Translations under genes and position numbers: made by a program
The notes under the pieces: generated by a model
Database searches by the model: none
Seen by the model: only the letters and a program-made list of their open reading frames with translations
Told to the model about the DNA's origin: nothing
Assembly (NCBI GenBank): GCA_044222185.1
Contig: JBGANV010000001.1
Coordinates: 736,001-800,000 of the forward strand
Length of the DNA stretch: 64,000 bases
Reading direction: 5' to 3'
Origin: Planctomycetota bacterium
Lineage (GTDB): Bacteria; Planctomycetota; GCA-002687715; CAIWVZ01
Part shown: positions 19,278-28,835 of the stretch, in pieces
Layout of the letters: each line of letters begins with the position of its first letter
How positions within the stretch are numbered: the stretch's first letter is position 1

Positions 19278-20934
19278 TCGAAGACCCCGGGCCGCCTCGG
19301 CGGCCCGGGAACCACAGGCGCGCCGCGGCGACGAGTACGGCGGCGGTGAGCGACAGCAGCACGCCAGCCGCCGCGGCGACCCCGAACGACCCGTTCGAGA
19401 ATTCGGAGTAGATCGCGACGGACGCGGGCGTCGTCGACGGGGTGTAGAGCAGGATCGACGCGACGAACTCGCCCATGTTCGTCACGATGCCCATGGTCGC
19501 GCCGGCGACGATGCCGGGGCCGAGCAGCGGCAGCGTCACCGTGACGAGCGCGCGGATCGGCGACGCGCCCAGGGTCCGCGCCGCGGCAGGCAGGTTTGCG
19601 TCGAGTTGCGCGAGGGCGGCCACCGTCGCACGAAGCTGCACGGGCAGGTGTCGTACGAAATAGGCGAGAACGAGAATGCTCGCCGTGCCGATCAGGGGCG
19701 GTCCAGCTCCGAAGGGGCCGTGACGCGCGAAGGCGCCGATGATCGCGATGGCGACGACCGTGCCAGGCACGGCCAAGGGCAGCATGGCAAGCCACTCGAG
19801 GGCCGCTCGCCACGCCTTGGGCGAATGCGGGCGCACGAGAACGATCGCCAGGGCGACTCCGATGTCGATGACGGTGGCGACGACGGCGAATGCGGCGGAG
19901 CGACCGATCGACGGCAAGAGGTCGGCCGCCGGCCCGACGGCTCGCGACTCGAGAAGGGACGCGAACACCGTTCGGTAATGCTCGAGCGTGAGGTCCGAGA
20001 GGAGCGCACCGCTCCCGATGCGGCCGAACGGCTTGAACGACAAGAGGACGAACGTCATCACCGGCAGCACGAGCGGAACGATGACGACCATCCCCGCGAC
20101 CGCCCGCAACCCGCGTTCGGCAGGCGACAACCGCAGTTCCAGCGCCGTGCCCTTGGTCCCAGAGGCCGCGGACTCGGGCGACCACCTCATGGTCGCGGAC
20201 GCCGCCACGGAGATCACAGCGAGGAGAACGGACAGCGCCGACGCGAGTGCCGGATCGTCCTTGCGCGCGACGAAGATGGCCGTCGTGAGATACCGCTCGC
20301 TCCCGCCGAAGATGTAGGGCGCCGTGAACGATGCCATGGACGACATGAAGGTCAGGATCGCGGCGGCGGACAGCGCGGGGCGAAGGAGGGGCAGCGTGAC
20401 GGTCTGGAACGCCTTCCATCGCGACGCGCCGAGCGTCCGCGCCGCCTGGATCAGCGAGTGATCCATGCGTTCCATCGCCGCGGCGACGAACAGGAGGAAG
20501 TAGACGTACAGCGTGAGCGCGTGAACGATGAGGACGGCCCACTGGCCCTGGAAGTCGGGGAGCGCGTTGGGGAAGACCCGCCGGATGACCCCGCCGACTC
20601 CGAACAGGAAGTGGAACGAGAGCGTTCCAAGAACCGGGGAGAGCAGGAGCGGCGTGAGCGCGATCCCCATGAGCACGCGCCCCGTTCGGCCGATGGGAGC
20701 GAGCAGCCATGCGAGTGGCACGCCGATGACGGCTGCGATGATCACCGTGAGCCCAGAAAGCCAGAGGCTGTTCCACAGGGCGCGGAGGTTGGTGGCATCG
20801 GTGAACAGGGAAGCGAACCGCGCGGCGGCAGGACCTTCGCAGGCCGATCGGAGCAACTCGGCGGCGGGCTGTGCGACGGTCCCTATCACCACGAGCGTGA
20901 CGCTCCCGATGAGGATCCACGGACGTCGTCTCAC
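19264..20934 (-). CDS. ABC transporter permease (FbpB-like, duplicated membrane domain)
   Basis: Two EAA-like loops (QAARTLGAS, AAARTLGAS); GTGA overlap with the ATPase stop. Confidence 0.88.
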   Translation of the reverse strand: MRRRPWILIGSVTLVVIGTVAQPAAELLRSACEGPAAARFASLFTDATNLRALWNSLWLSGLTVIIAAVIGVPLAWLLAPIGRTGRVLMGIALTPLLLSPVLGTLSFHFLFGVGGVIRRVFPNALPDFQGQWAVLIVHALTLYVYFLLFVAAAMERMDHSLIQAARTLGASRWKAFQTVTLPLLRPALSAAAILTFMSSMASFTAPYIFGGSERYLTTAIFVARKDDPALASALSVLLAVISVAASATMRWSPESAASGTKGTALELRLSPAERGLRAVAGMVVIVPLVLPVMTFVLLSFKPFGRIGSGALLSDLTLEHYRTVFASLLESRAVGPAADLLPSIGRSAAFAVVATVIDIGVALAIVLVRPHSPKAWRAALEWLAMLPLAVPGTVVAIAIIGAFARHGPFGAGPPLIGTASILVLAYFVRHLPVQLRATVAALAQLDANLPAAARTLGASPIRALVTVTLPLLGPGIVAGATMGIVTNMGEFVASILLYTPSTTPASVAIYSEFSNGSFGVAAAAGVLLSLTAAVLVAAARLWFPGRRGGPGSSINSA

Positions 20935-21998
20935 GGACGATGCTCGCTCGGCAGGAGGCGGACGGCGCTCGATTCGAACGTGAGCCACACGGTGTCACCC
21001 GCATGGACGGACGCGGAGCGATCGCGACGCGGGGCGCGGAGCGTGAGGCGAACGTCGCCCGCCATGCACTCGACCTCGACGGTCTCGCCGAGAAAGGCAT
21101 GGTTGGCGACGCGTGCCTGGATCGCGCCTGGGCCGATCGTCCCCATGTGCAGGTCGTCCGGCCGGATCACGGCCGTCGCGGCGTCGCCGGCGCGCAGGCC
21201 CTCGGCGGTGGCGACGTCGAGCGTCACGCCCAGGATCCTCGCGGTTCCACGCGTGCCATTCGACGAGAGGATCTCCGCGGGGATCGTGTTCGCGTTTCCC
21301 AGGAAACGCGCCACGAAGACGGACGTTGGCTCTTCGAAAACCGTCGTCGGTTCGCCGACCTGGCGGAGATGACCGGCATCCAGCACGGCGATCCGGTCCG
21401 CGATCGCGAGCGCCTCTTCCTGATCGTGGGTGACGAAGATCGCGGGAACCTGGAGTTGCTTCTGGATCGAGCGGAGCTGCGCGCGGACGGACCGGCGCAG
21501 GCCCGTATCGAGATTGGACAGCGGCTCGTCGAAGAGAAGCAGATCGGGCTCGGTCACGATGGCGCGCGCGAGGGCGATGCGCTGCTGCTCGCCGCCGGAG
21601 AGCTCGTCGATGCGCCGGCGCGCGGCGGAGCGCAGGCCGACGAGGTCCAGCGCGCGATCGATCCGGGGTTGGGCCTGCTCCTTCGAGACGTTTCGCATCC
21701 GCAGCCCGTAGCCCACGTTCTTCGTCACATCCAAGTGGGGAAAGAGCGCGTAGTTCTGGAAGACGAATCCGATCCGGCGGCGCTCCGGCGAGAGGTTGGT
21801 GATGTCGGTGCCACCGAGCACGATCGACCCGGCCTCTGGTTCGATCAAGCCGGCGACGAGGCGGAGCAAGGTGCTCTTGCCACAACCGGACGGGCCGAGC
21901 ACGGCCACGAGTTCCCCGCGTTCGAGCGAGAGGTCCAGGGGCCCGAGCCCCCGTCCGCCCGCGAAACGCTTCGACAGCCCCGCGACTGCGAACGTCAC
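20931..21998 (-). CDS. ABC transporter ATP-binding protein (FbpC/PotA-like, TOBE domain)
   Basis: GPSGCGKST, FQNYALFPH, LSGGEQQR, LLFDEPLSNLD, VTHDQEEA. Confidence 0.92.
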   Translation of the reverse strand: MTFAVAGLSKRFAGGRGLGPLDLSLERGELVAVLGPSGCGKSTLLRLVAGLIEPEAGSIVLGGTDITNLSPERRRIGFVFQNYALFPHLDVTKNVGYGLRMRNVSKEQAQPRIDRALDLVGLRSAARRRIDELSGGEQQRIALARAIVTEPDLLLFDEPLSNLDTGLRRSVRAQLRSIQKQLQVPAIFVTHDQEEALAIADRIAVLDAGHLRQVGEPTTVFEEPTSVFVARFLGNANTIPAEILSSNGTRGTARILGVTLDVATAEGLRAGDAATAVIRPDDLHMGTIGPGAIQARVANHAFLGETVEVECMAGDVRLTLRAPRRDRSASVHAGDTVWLTFESSAVRLLPSEHRP

Positions 21999-23023
21999 TT
22001 CGCCGCGCCTCCGCGGGACTCCTTCTCGATGCGAGCCATCCAATCCTTCATGTGCTCGGCGATGAACGCGCGGTCGATCACCAACGGAGTCACTGGAAGC
22101 TGGCGGATCTCGGGCAGGAGCAGGGCGCGGTCGAAGCCGGGCCGCAGCGGAATGCGCGCGTGATCCTTGGCGAGGTAGGCGAGAGCCTCGGGCGTGTTCA
22201 CGAACTCGTAGAAGGCCTTGGCCTCCGCCGTCTCACCCTTGCCTTTGATCAATGCGATCCCGTCGACGATGACGGGGGTGGGGTCGGAGAACGGCGCGGC
22301 CACGAAGTGGTAACCCTTCTGCTGCTTCTGGAAGACGATGTCGGTCAGGTTCCACACGGTGATCGACGGCGCGCCGCCTTCGAGTTCCTCGAACATCAGC
22401 TCCGGGCTGCCCACGAACTTCCTGACGTTGCGGTGGATGGCCCGGACGCGTGCGAAGCCCTCGTCTTCACCGCCGGGTGATCTGGCGCTCGTCGCGATGA
22501 TCGCGGCGAAGAACGCGCGGAGGACTCCGGACTGCGAGGGCTCGCGGAGGATGAGCCGGTCCTTGAAACGCGGGTCGCCCAGGTCGGCGATCGTCCGAGG
22601 AAGCTCCTCGGGTTTGACCTTGTCAGGGTTGTACGCGAGCACGATCGGGAGTTGGAAACACCCCGTCCAGAGGTCTCCCGGGTCTTTCGGTAGCTCCTCG
22701 GTCGCGTAGCTGGGCCTGTATGGCGCGAGGAGGCCTTCGCGCGCGGCGACGTCGAGGGTCGTCGCATCGGCTCCCCACCACACCGCCGCCTGTGGATTCG
22801 TCTTCTCGCCGCGAACGCGTTCGAGAATCGCCGGCGGACCGGAGTAGATGGTCTGGACGTCGATGTCGGGATGCGCTCGCTCGAACTCCTGCTCGAAGTG
22901 AAAGAGGATGTCCCGGCCGTGCGCCGAGTAGACGACGAGAGGCGTGCGATGATCGCGGTCTCCACAGCCAGAGAGGAATGTGACGGCGAGCGCAGCTACG
23001 AAACTTCCCAGTCGGCGAAGCAT
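21995..23023 (-). CDS. ABC transporter substrate-binding lipoprotein (Fe3+/thiamine/polyamine class)
   Basis: Lipobox FLSGC; VVYSAHG, RVRGEKTNPQAAVWWG, LAYN, DGIALIKG...AKAFYEF. Confidence 0.88.
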   Translation of the reverse strand: MLRRLGSFVAALAVTFLSGCGDRDHRTPLVVYSAHGRDILFHFEQEFERAHPDIDVQTIYSGPPAILERVRGEKTNPQAAVWWGADATTLDVAAREGLLAPYRPSYATEELPKDPGDLWTGCFQLPIVLAYNPDKVKPEELPRTIADLGDPRFKDRLILREPSQSGVLRAFFAAIIATSARSPGGEDEGFARVRAIHRNVRKFVGSPELMFEELEGGAPSITVWNLTDIVFQKQQKGYHFVAAPFSDPTPVIVDGIALIKGKGETAEAKAFYEFVNTPEALAYLAKDHARIPLRPGFDRALLLPEIRQLPVTPLVIDRAFIAEHMKDWMARIEKESRGGAAK

Positions 23024-23125
23024 GAGGGCGGAAAGATAGCAGAGGTGCGGGGCCATCGAGCCGCGGCACGGGGCGAAAGCTCGCGGCATTCCGGCCGTAG
23101 TGTTGGCGTCGTCGGAGTGAAAAAG

Positions 23126-24709
23126 ATGAACAGACATCGATGGCTACTCGCGCTCGTCGTCATGGCTGGCACCATCGCCGCCCAGGACGCGGTGCCCGCT
23201 GCCGACTCGCGACCGGGCGTCGTGAGCGTGGACGGCGGACGGATTTCCGGCCGCGACGTCGGAGGTGCGGAACCGGTCCGCGTCTACCAGGGCATTCCGT
23301 TCGCCGCACCGCCCACGGGGGAATTGCGGTGGAAGGCGCCTCGACCCGTCCTCGCGTGGGATGGGGTGCGTGCCTGTCACGCCTTCGGGCCATCGTGCCC
23401 ACAGCCATCGGGTGAACGGACCCGATCGTTCGGGAACCAGGACGAGGACTGTCTGTACTTGAACGTGTGGGGCCCGGTGAATGTTCCGGCGAAACCTCTG
23501 CCCGTGATGGTCTGGATCCATGGCGGCGGGTTCATCGCGGGTTCGGGTTCGGCGCCGTTCTACGACGGGGCGAAGTTCGCTCGCATGGGCGTCGTTCTCG
23601 TCACGATCAACTACCGCCTGGGTCCCCTCGGTTTCCTCGCTCATCCCGCGCTCTCCAAGGAATCGCCCGACGGCGTGTCGGGGAACTATGGCCTCATGGA
23701 TCAGATCGCGGCCCTCCGTTGGGTCCAGCGGAACATTGCAGCGTTCGGCGGCGACCCGGGCAACGTGACGATCTTCGGGGAGTCCGCAGGTGCCGTGAGC
23801 GTGGGGTGGTTGATGTCGGCGCCATCGGCACGCGGTCTGTTCCATCGAGCCATCGCCGAGAGCGGAACGGCGCGCGGTCCGGCCCGTAGCCTTCGCGAGA
23901 ACCTCCCGGGACGGGACTCCATGGAATCCGTCGGCCAGAACCTGGCGCGAGAGCTCTCGATCTCCGAGGGCCCGGACGAACTGGCACGTCTCCGTCGCGT
24001 TCCGGCGGACGAGTTGATCCGCATCGCGCGACCGACGATCGGCCGGCCCGGCGACGGTACCCGTTTCGGTCCCGTGGTCGACGGGCGCCTGGTGCCCGAC
24101 CAGCCGTCGAATCTCCTCGCCGCAGGGCGAGTGCACGTCGTTCCGATGATCCTCGGTTCGAACGCCCACGACGGATCCGTGTTCGCGCCGTTCGCGCCCG
24201 TGAAGTCGAAGGCCGCATTCGACCTCATGGTCCGCGGACTGTTTCCGAAGGCCGCCGACACGCTCCTGGGCTTGTATCCGATCGAGTCGGAGACGGACGT
24301 TCGTGCGCGGGTGACCGACTTCATCACGGACATGGCATTCATCGCACCGGCTCGAGCCACCGCGCGTGACCTCGTCGACCACGGTGGTCAGGTGTGGGTC
24401 TACCACTTCTCGCGCACCAATCGGATCGCCGAGCGGCGCTTGGGACAGACCCGCCACGGCGCGGAGATTCCGTACGTGTTCGGACTCGTGCGCGATGGGC
24501 TGATCTACGACACCACGGACGTGGACCTGTCGCGAGCGATGATGTCGTACTGGGTGAATTTCGCGAAGGTGGGCGACCCGAACGGCGGGACGCTCCCGAT
24601 CTGGCCGAGGTACGAGCGCGCGACGGACAAGCACATGGAGTTCGCCGAGACGCCACGCGTCGGGGAACACCTCCGGGCCGATCGCTGCGACCTCCTCGAT
24701 CGACGGTGA
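23126..24709 (+). CDS. Exported carboxylesterase type B (para-nitrobenzyl esterase-like)
   Basis: GIPFAAPPTGELRWKAP, EDCLYLNVW, WIHGGG, NYRLG, GESAG, HGAEIPYVF. Confidence 0.93.
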   Translation: MNRHRWLLALVVMAGTIAAQDAVPAADSRPGVVSVDGGRISGRDVGGAEPVRVYQGIPFAAPPTGELRWKAPRPVLAWDGVRACHAFGPSCPQPSGERTRSFGNQDEDCLYLNVWGPVNVPAKPLPVMVWIHGGGFIAGSGSAPFYDGAKFARMGVVLVTINYRLGPLGFLAHPALSKESPDGVSGNYGLMDQIAALRWVQRNIAAFGGDPGNVTIFGESAGAVSVGWLMSAPSARGLFHRAIAESGTARGPARSLRENLPGRDSMESVGQNLARELSISEGPDELARLRRVPADELIRIARPTIGRPGDGTRFGPVVDGRLVPDQPSNLLAAGRVHVVPMILGSNAHDGSVFAPFAPVKSKAAFDLMVRGLFPKAADTLLGLYPIESETDVRARVTDFITDMAFIAPARATARDLVDHGGQVWVYHFSRTNRIAERRLGQTRHGAEIPYVFGLVRDGLIYDTTDVDLSRAMMSYWVNFAKVGDPNGGTLPIWPRYERATDKHMEFAETPRVGEHLRADRCDLLDRR

Positions 24710-24716
24710 TGCCTGC

Positions 24717-26975
24717 TCAGCGCGCGTCGTCCTCCAGCGGGCTTCGCTCGCGCCGCGCGACGAATGCCGCATCGAGGCGGGCCGCGGCGACGCCGTCGAA
24801 GAGGAGCGATAGAACGCGGGTCGCGCGCGCAGCCGCCAGGGCGGCCGCCCAACGGAGCGCGGCCAGGCTGGCGGAGCCGTTCCCCGCGTCGATCGGCCCC
24901 GGGCTTGGACCGGGAGGACGGGGTACGACGTTCGGCGAAACGCTCGACCGCAGCGTGCACACGGTGACGCGCGGATCCGGGTCCTCGTCCGGCGGTGGTT
25001 CGGGGGCGCGGCGCGTCCATGCGACATCGAGGGCGTCGGCGAGGAATGCCCGGTCCATCGTTTCATCGATCAGGATGACGAACCGCGACGTCGGAACACG
25101 GCGGACGACGGTCGTCAATTCATGCGCACAGCCCCGGTTTTCCGGCGAGAACGCGCGGAAATCCAGCAGAACGACGTCAGCCTGTGAGAGAAGCCGCTCG
25201 AACGCATGAACCCACACCTCGCCTGCGCAGAGGACGGAGTTGGGTGGATACGCGTATTCACCACTGACCGCGGGCCATCGAGCCGCGACGCGGAACTCGC
25301 CGAGCCGTGAGTCCACCTCATCCGGAGTGCGAGCGAGGCCATCATCGAGACCGCCCGGCATGAGCCCCAGTCCCAAATCTCGGCCGAACCAGTCGGGCCC
25401 GCCCAGGAGAACGCAATGACCGATGAGCGTGAAGCGACGCTGAACGAGGCCGAAGATCTCCTCCGTCCGGCGCTCGTAGTCGACGCCGGGTCGGAATGCG
25501 CGGAGCAGAAGGAGGCGCGGAGGCGGGAACACGCGGGCGGCATCCGCGATTCGCCGTTTCAAGCGTCGGCGAAGCAGTCGATGCGCGAGCAGCGCGAGGC
25601 AATATCCGGATGTGGCGACGGCGGCTGCCGAGCGTCTGCGCGGAGACGCTGCCTTGTCCGTCAGAGCGCTGATCGACCTGCAAACGAGCGAGAGGATGAC
25701 GCTCGCGAACAAGATCACGACGACTCGGCGTCGCCACCTGGTTGCGAACGAGGTGCCGCGGAACGGCGGTGTTCTTCCGTGTGCAACGACCCACGCTCGC
25801 CTGACGAGTCGCCAGAAGAAGTAGAGCCCGATCGTGACGACGACGACGGGAACTCCGAAGGCCTGGTCGCGATCGTCGATGCACTCGTCAGCGAGCCATG
25901 CAACGGCTTGAGCGGTGACGAACACGGTCGCCTGGGTCCACGACGTCCGGCGGCAAAGCCGGAAGCGGGCATCCGCGATGGCGGCGACGAGACGGCCGCG
26001 GGGCGACGGCTCGATTTCCTCGTCGGCATCGACGTCCCGGACCGGGCAGGCGAGGCGGACGGTCGAGTCGACCGCGCAGGTCGGAGACGATAGGGCTGGT
26101 CCGGCATCAGGAACCTCGGCCGGCGACCGGTGTGCGGGCGGGGGAGCTCGCATCCGTTCGATCACGCGCATCGCTGCACGACGACGCAGCACGAGGATGG
26201 GTATGAGGATCGCGCCGATGGCCGCCACGGTGCGTGCCGAGAACGCGGCATCGTCGAACTTCGGGGCGCCGCTGAGGAACGGCTTCGAGACGACCCACGG
26301 AACCAGGAAGGGAGCCGCCAGCATCCCGGCGACCGCGGTGCGACGCGCGACGACCACGGCGAGCGAGACCGCGCCGATCATTCCGAGCGGTGCATCGTAG
26401 GAGCCGGCCAGGAGGATCACGCCGGCGGTGACGACGACGGAGAGTCGCGGAGCGGTTTCCGCCGCGCGTCCCAGCGAAAGGCGGACCGGGGAACGGGGGG
26501 CCGCGTTTCCGCCGGCGCGCGGAGAATCAGACCGGAGACGCCATCGTTCCGGAACCGCCGCCCACAACGCATCCTCCGAGTCGACGAGGAATCGGACGGG
26601 GCGGCGCAGCGGCCGCGCATGGACGCGGACGAATGGCCGCTCGAAAACGCGCCCCGGGCCCATGCGCAAACCAAGGACGTCCTCGCGTGGCACCGACGTC
26701 GGCCGACCACAGAACCAGGGATCGATCAGCAGGGCGGCGCCGTCGAGCCGAACGCGCCGGAAGCTCGCCGCGAAAGCGCATAGCCACAGGGCGCCTGCGA
26801 GCATCAATGCCGCGCCGAGTGCGGCGCCGACCGGGCTATCCGCGCGCCCCGACACGACGGAAACGCCCAGCGGCACTGCGAACGCCAGGAGCAGGACGGC
26901 GATCGCCGCGAAGGTGCGTCGCGCCGACGCCGTCTTCGCGTGGGAGAGTTCCTGGAATTGCGGCGACCTTTCCAT
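24717..26975 (-). CDS. Hypothetical multi-pass membrane protein with a C-terminal TIR/NDT-like alpha/beta domain
   Basis: Many hydrophobic segments; C-terminal LLLLRAF...W..AFERLLSQADVVLLDFRAFSPENRGCAHEL...FVILID; fold assignment is inference. Confidence 0.6.
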   Translation of the reverse strand: MERSPQFQELSHAKTASARRTFAAIAVLLLAFAVPLGVSVVSGRADSPVGAALGAALMLAGALWLCAFAASFRRVRLDGAALLIDPWFCGRPTSVPREDVLGLRMGPGRVFERPFVRVHARPLRRPVRFLVDSEDALWAAVPERWRLRSDSPRAGGNAAPRSPVRLSLGRAAETAPRLSVVVTAGVILLAGSYDAPLGMIGAVSLAVVVARRTAVAGMLAAPFLVPWVVSKPFLSGAPKFDDAAFSARTVAAIGAILIPILVLRRRAAMRVIERMRAPPPAHRSPAEVPDAGPALSSPTCAVDSTVRLACPVRDVDADEEIEPSPRGRLVAAIADARFRLCRRTSWTQATVFVTAQAVAWLADECIDDRDQAFGVPVVVVTIGLYFFWRLVRRAWVVAHGRTPPFRGTSFATRWRRRVVVILFASVILSLVCRSISALTDKAASPRRRSAAAVATSGYCLALLAHRLLRRRLKRRIADAARVFPPPRLLLLRAFRPGVDYERRTEEIFGLVQRRFTLIGHCVLLGGPDWFGRDLGLGLMPGGLDDGLARTPDEVDSRLGEFRVAARWPAVSGEYAYPPNSVLCAGEVWVHAFERLLSQADVVLLDFRAFSPENRGCAHELTTVVRRVPTSRFVILIDETMDRAFLADALDVAWTRRAPEPPPDEDPDPRVTVCTLRSSVSPNVVPRPPGPSPGPIDAGNGSASLAALRWAAALAAARATRVLSLLFDGVAAARLDAAFVARRERSPLEDDAR

Positions 26976-27192
26976 GTTCCCTTCGTCACGGGGTCGTCCC
27001 GGAACGGGCGCACTCTACCGGCAAGAAACGACTCCTGCGGGCGTCGAAGCGCGGCTTTCGTGATGCCCGCGGCGCGTTCAGCGGCGGCCCACGGCGGCTG
27101 CGCGTTTCGTTTTTCACGTTCTTCGGGGATTCGTTTCGTGCACTCAAGAGCCGATGCGGATCGGGCCGAACGGAGGAGCGGAGTTTGCTCAC

Positions 27193-28353
27193 ATGTCACA
27201 GAGGATCGCATTCTGGCTAGCCTGCGGGTTCGCCATCCTTTCGTTGCAGTCACGGGCCCAGAAGCCCGCGACGTCAGCCCTCGAACCGACAAGGACGTGG
27301 GCGTTTGCCGTCAGCATCGCCGATGCCGTCGAGGACGTCGACCCGGACGCCGTTCGGCCCCCGCGACAAGATGACGCCTTCGTCGAGGCGCTCCATGCGC
27401 GAGGCGTCCCACGGGATCACGTTCGCTACCTCCGGGACGAAGACGCGAAGAAGGCGCTGATCCTGGCCGCGATGTCCGATCATCTTCGACGCGCAGCGGC
27501 CGGCGACACGCTCGTCGTCTACTTCCACGGCCGCGCCGTTCGCGCCCACGATGGCAGGGGCTTTCTTTCACCCTACGACAGCCTGAAGGACGACTCGGCG
27601 TCGCTGCTGGCCGCCGACGAGTTCCTGGAAGCCGTCGACGGATCGTTCAGCGGAGCGCGGGTGCTCCTCTTCATGGACTGCAGCCTGGGCGGATGCCTCT
27701 ACGACGCGTTGCCATCGCGCCATTGGCGGCACGAGGTCGCGGTCCTCGGCTCGTCGCAGTCGTCTGGGCACGGGTTCGACGACTGGACGTTCTCGGAGTC
27801 CCTCGTTCGCGCGTTGTCGGGGAACGGTTGGATCGACCTGGACAACAACGGTCGCATCGAGCTGAAGGAGCTGGCGAAGGCGGCGACTGAGGACTGCGTC
27901 CTGCTGGCCCACGAACTCCCCGGTCACCAGTGCTCGACGGGCTTTCCGTCGTCGTTCGTGCTGGCGACGTGCGCGCCGAAGAAGTCGGCCCGCGAGGGAC
28001 GGCTCGTCGAGGTGCGTCGCAGGGACGACCGCTGGGAACTGGCGCGAGTTCTGCAGGTGACCCAGAACCGCATCATCGTTCGGCCGATTCGCGCAAAGGA
28101 CGCCACCGACGAGGGCGTCGAGCCGTCCCGCGTGCGCGAGCCGCGCCTCGCCGGCCTGAATCCCCACGAGCCGGTGGACATCCTCGTCGCGGGCGAATGG
28201 CGGGCCGGGAAGGTCGTGAAATCCGGCAACGGAATGAACTGCGTTCGCCTCGACGGAGAGACGGGCACCACGCTCGACGAATGGGTCGGCCCCGATAGGC
28301 TGCGCCCGCGTCGTGGCGGTGCAGTGAGCGCCACGAGCGTGACGATACGCTGA
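27193..28353 (+). CDS. Exported caspase-like (C14 fold) protein with EF-hand-like loop and two Tudor/Agenet-like repeats; catalytic dyad degenerate
   Basis: Signal ending SRA-Q; GDTLVVYFHGRA and LLFMDCSLGG at the usual HG and DxC positions; DLDNNGRIELKEL; VEV....W..A.V...DEWV...RLR repeats. Confidence 0.7.
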   Translation: MSQRIAFWLACGFAILSLQSRAQKPATSALEPTRTWAFAVSIADAVEDVDPDAVRPPRQDDAFVEALHARGVPRDHVRYLRDEDAKKALILAAMSDHLRRAAAGDTLVVYFHGRAVRAHDGRGFLSPYDSLKDDSASLLAADEFLEAVDGSFSGARVLLFMDCSLGGCLYDALPSRHWRHEVAVLGSSQSSGHGFDDWTFSESLVRALSGNGWIDLDNNGRIELKELAKAATEDCVLLAHELPGHQCSTGFPSSFVLATCAPKKSAREGRLVEVRRRDDRWELARVLQVTQNRIIVRPIRAKDATDEGVEPSRVREPRLAGLNPHEPVDILVAGEWRAGKVVKSGNGMNCVRLDGETGTTLDEWVGPDRLRPRRGGAVSATSVTIR

Positions 28354-28378
28354 AAGCTCCCGCCCCGGCGCGTCGTCG

Positions 28379-28720
28379 TCAGACCGATTCGATGATCACG
28401 AGGCGGTCGACGTGCGCGCGGTGCAGCATGTCCTGAACGGACGGGGTCGCGTCCCGTACGACGATCTGCGGCCCGTCGCCGAGTCGTTTGCGCAGCCACA
28501 CGATGGAAGCGAGTCCTGCCACGTCGACGGACTCCACGCCGACGAAATCGAGGATGACGCGCGTGGTGTCGAGCCGTACGAGGGCGTTCAGCTGGCGCCG
28601 CAGGATGTCGGCGACGCCGGCGTTCAGGCGCGGCTCGTGGACCCGGACTTCGACGACGCCTGGTGTGCGTTCCTCTGTTCCCATCATGCTGTTCATCCCG
28701 TGGCTCACCGGACGGGCCAT
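28379..28720 (-). CDS. STAS domain protein (anti-sigma factor antagonist-like)
   Basis: RLNAGVADILRRQL...VILDFVGVESVDVAGLASIV...TPSVQDML; start uncertain. Confidence 0.75.
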   Translation of the reverse strand: MARPVSHGMNSMMGTEERTPGVVEVRVHEPRLNAGVADILRRQLNALVRLDTTRVILDFVGVESVDVAGLASIVWLRKRLGDGPQIVVRDATPSVQDMLHRAHVDRLVIIESV

Positions 28721-28835
28721 CTCAACGGCCCTCCATTCCTATCGGCCCGGGAAGGGTTTCGTCCGAAGGCGAAGGCCAGGCCGGCCTGCCACGCCGGTTT
28801 GATCATGAGCCCGGGACGCGTCGATACGGGACTCG

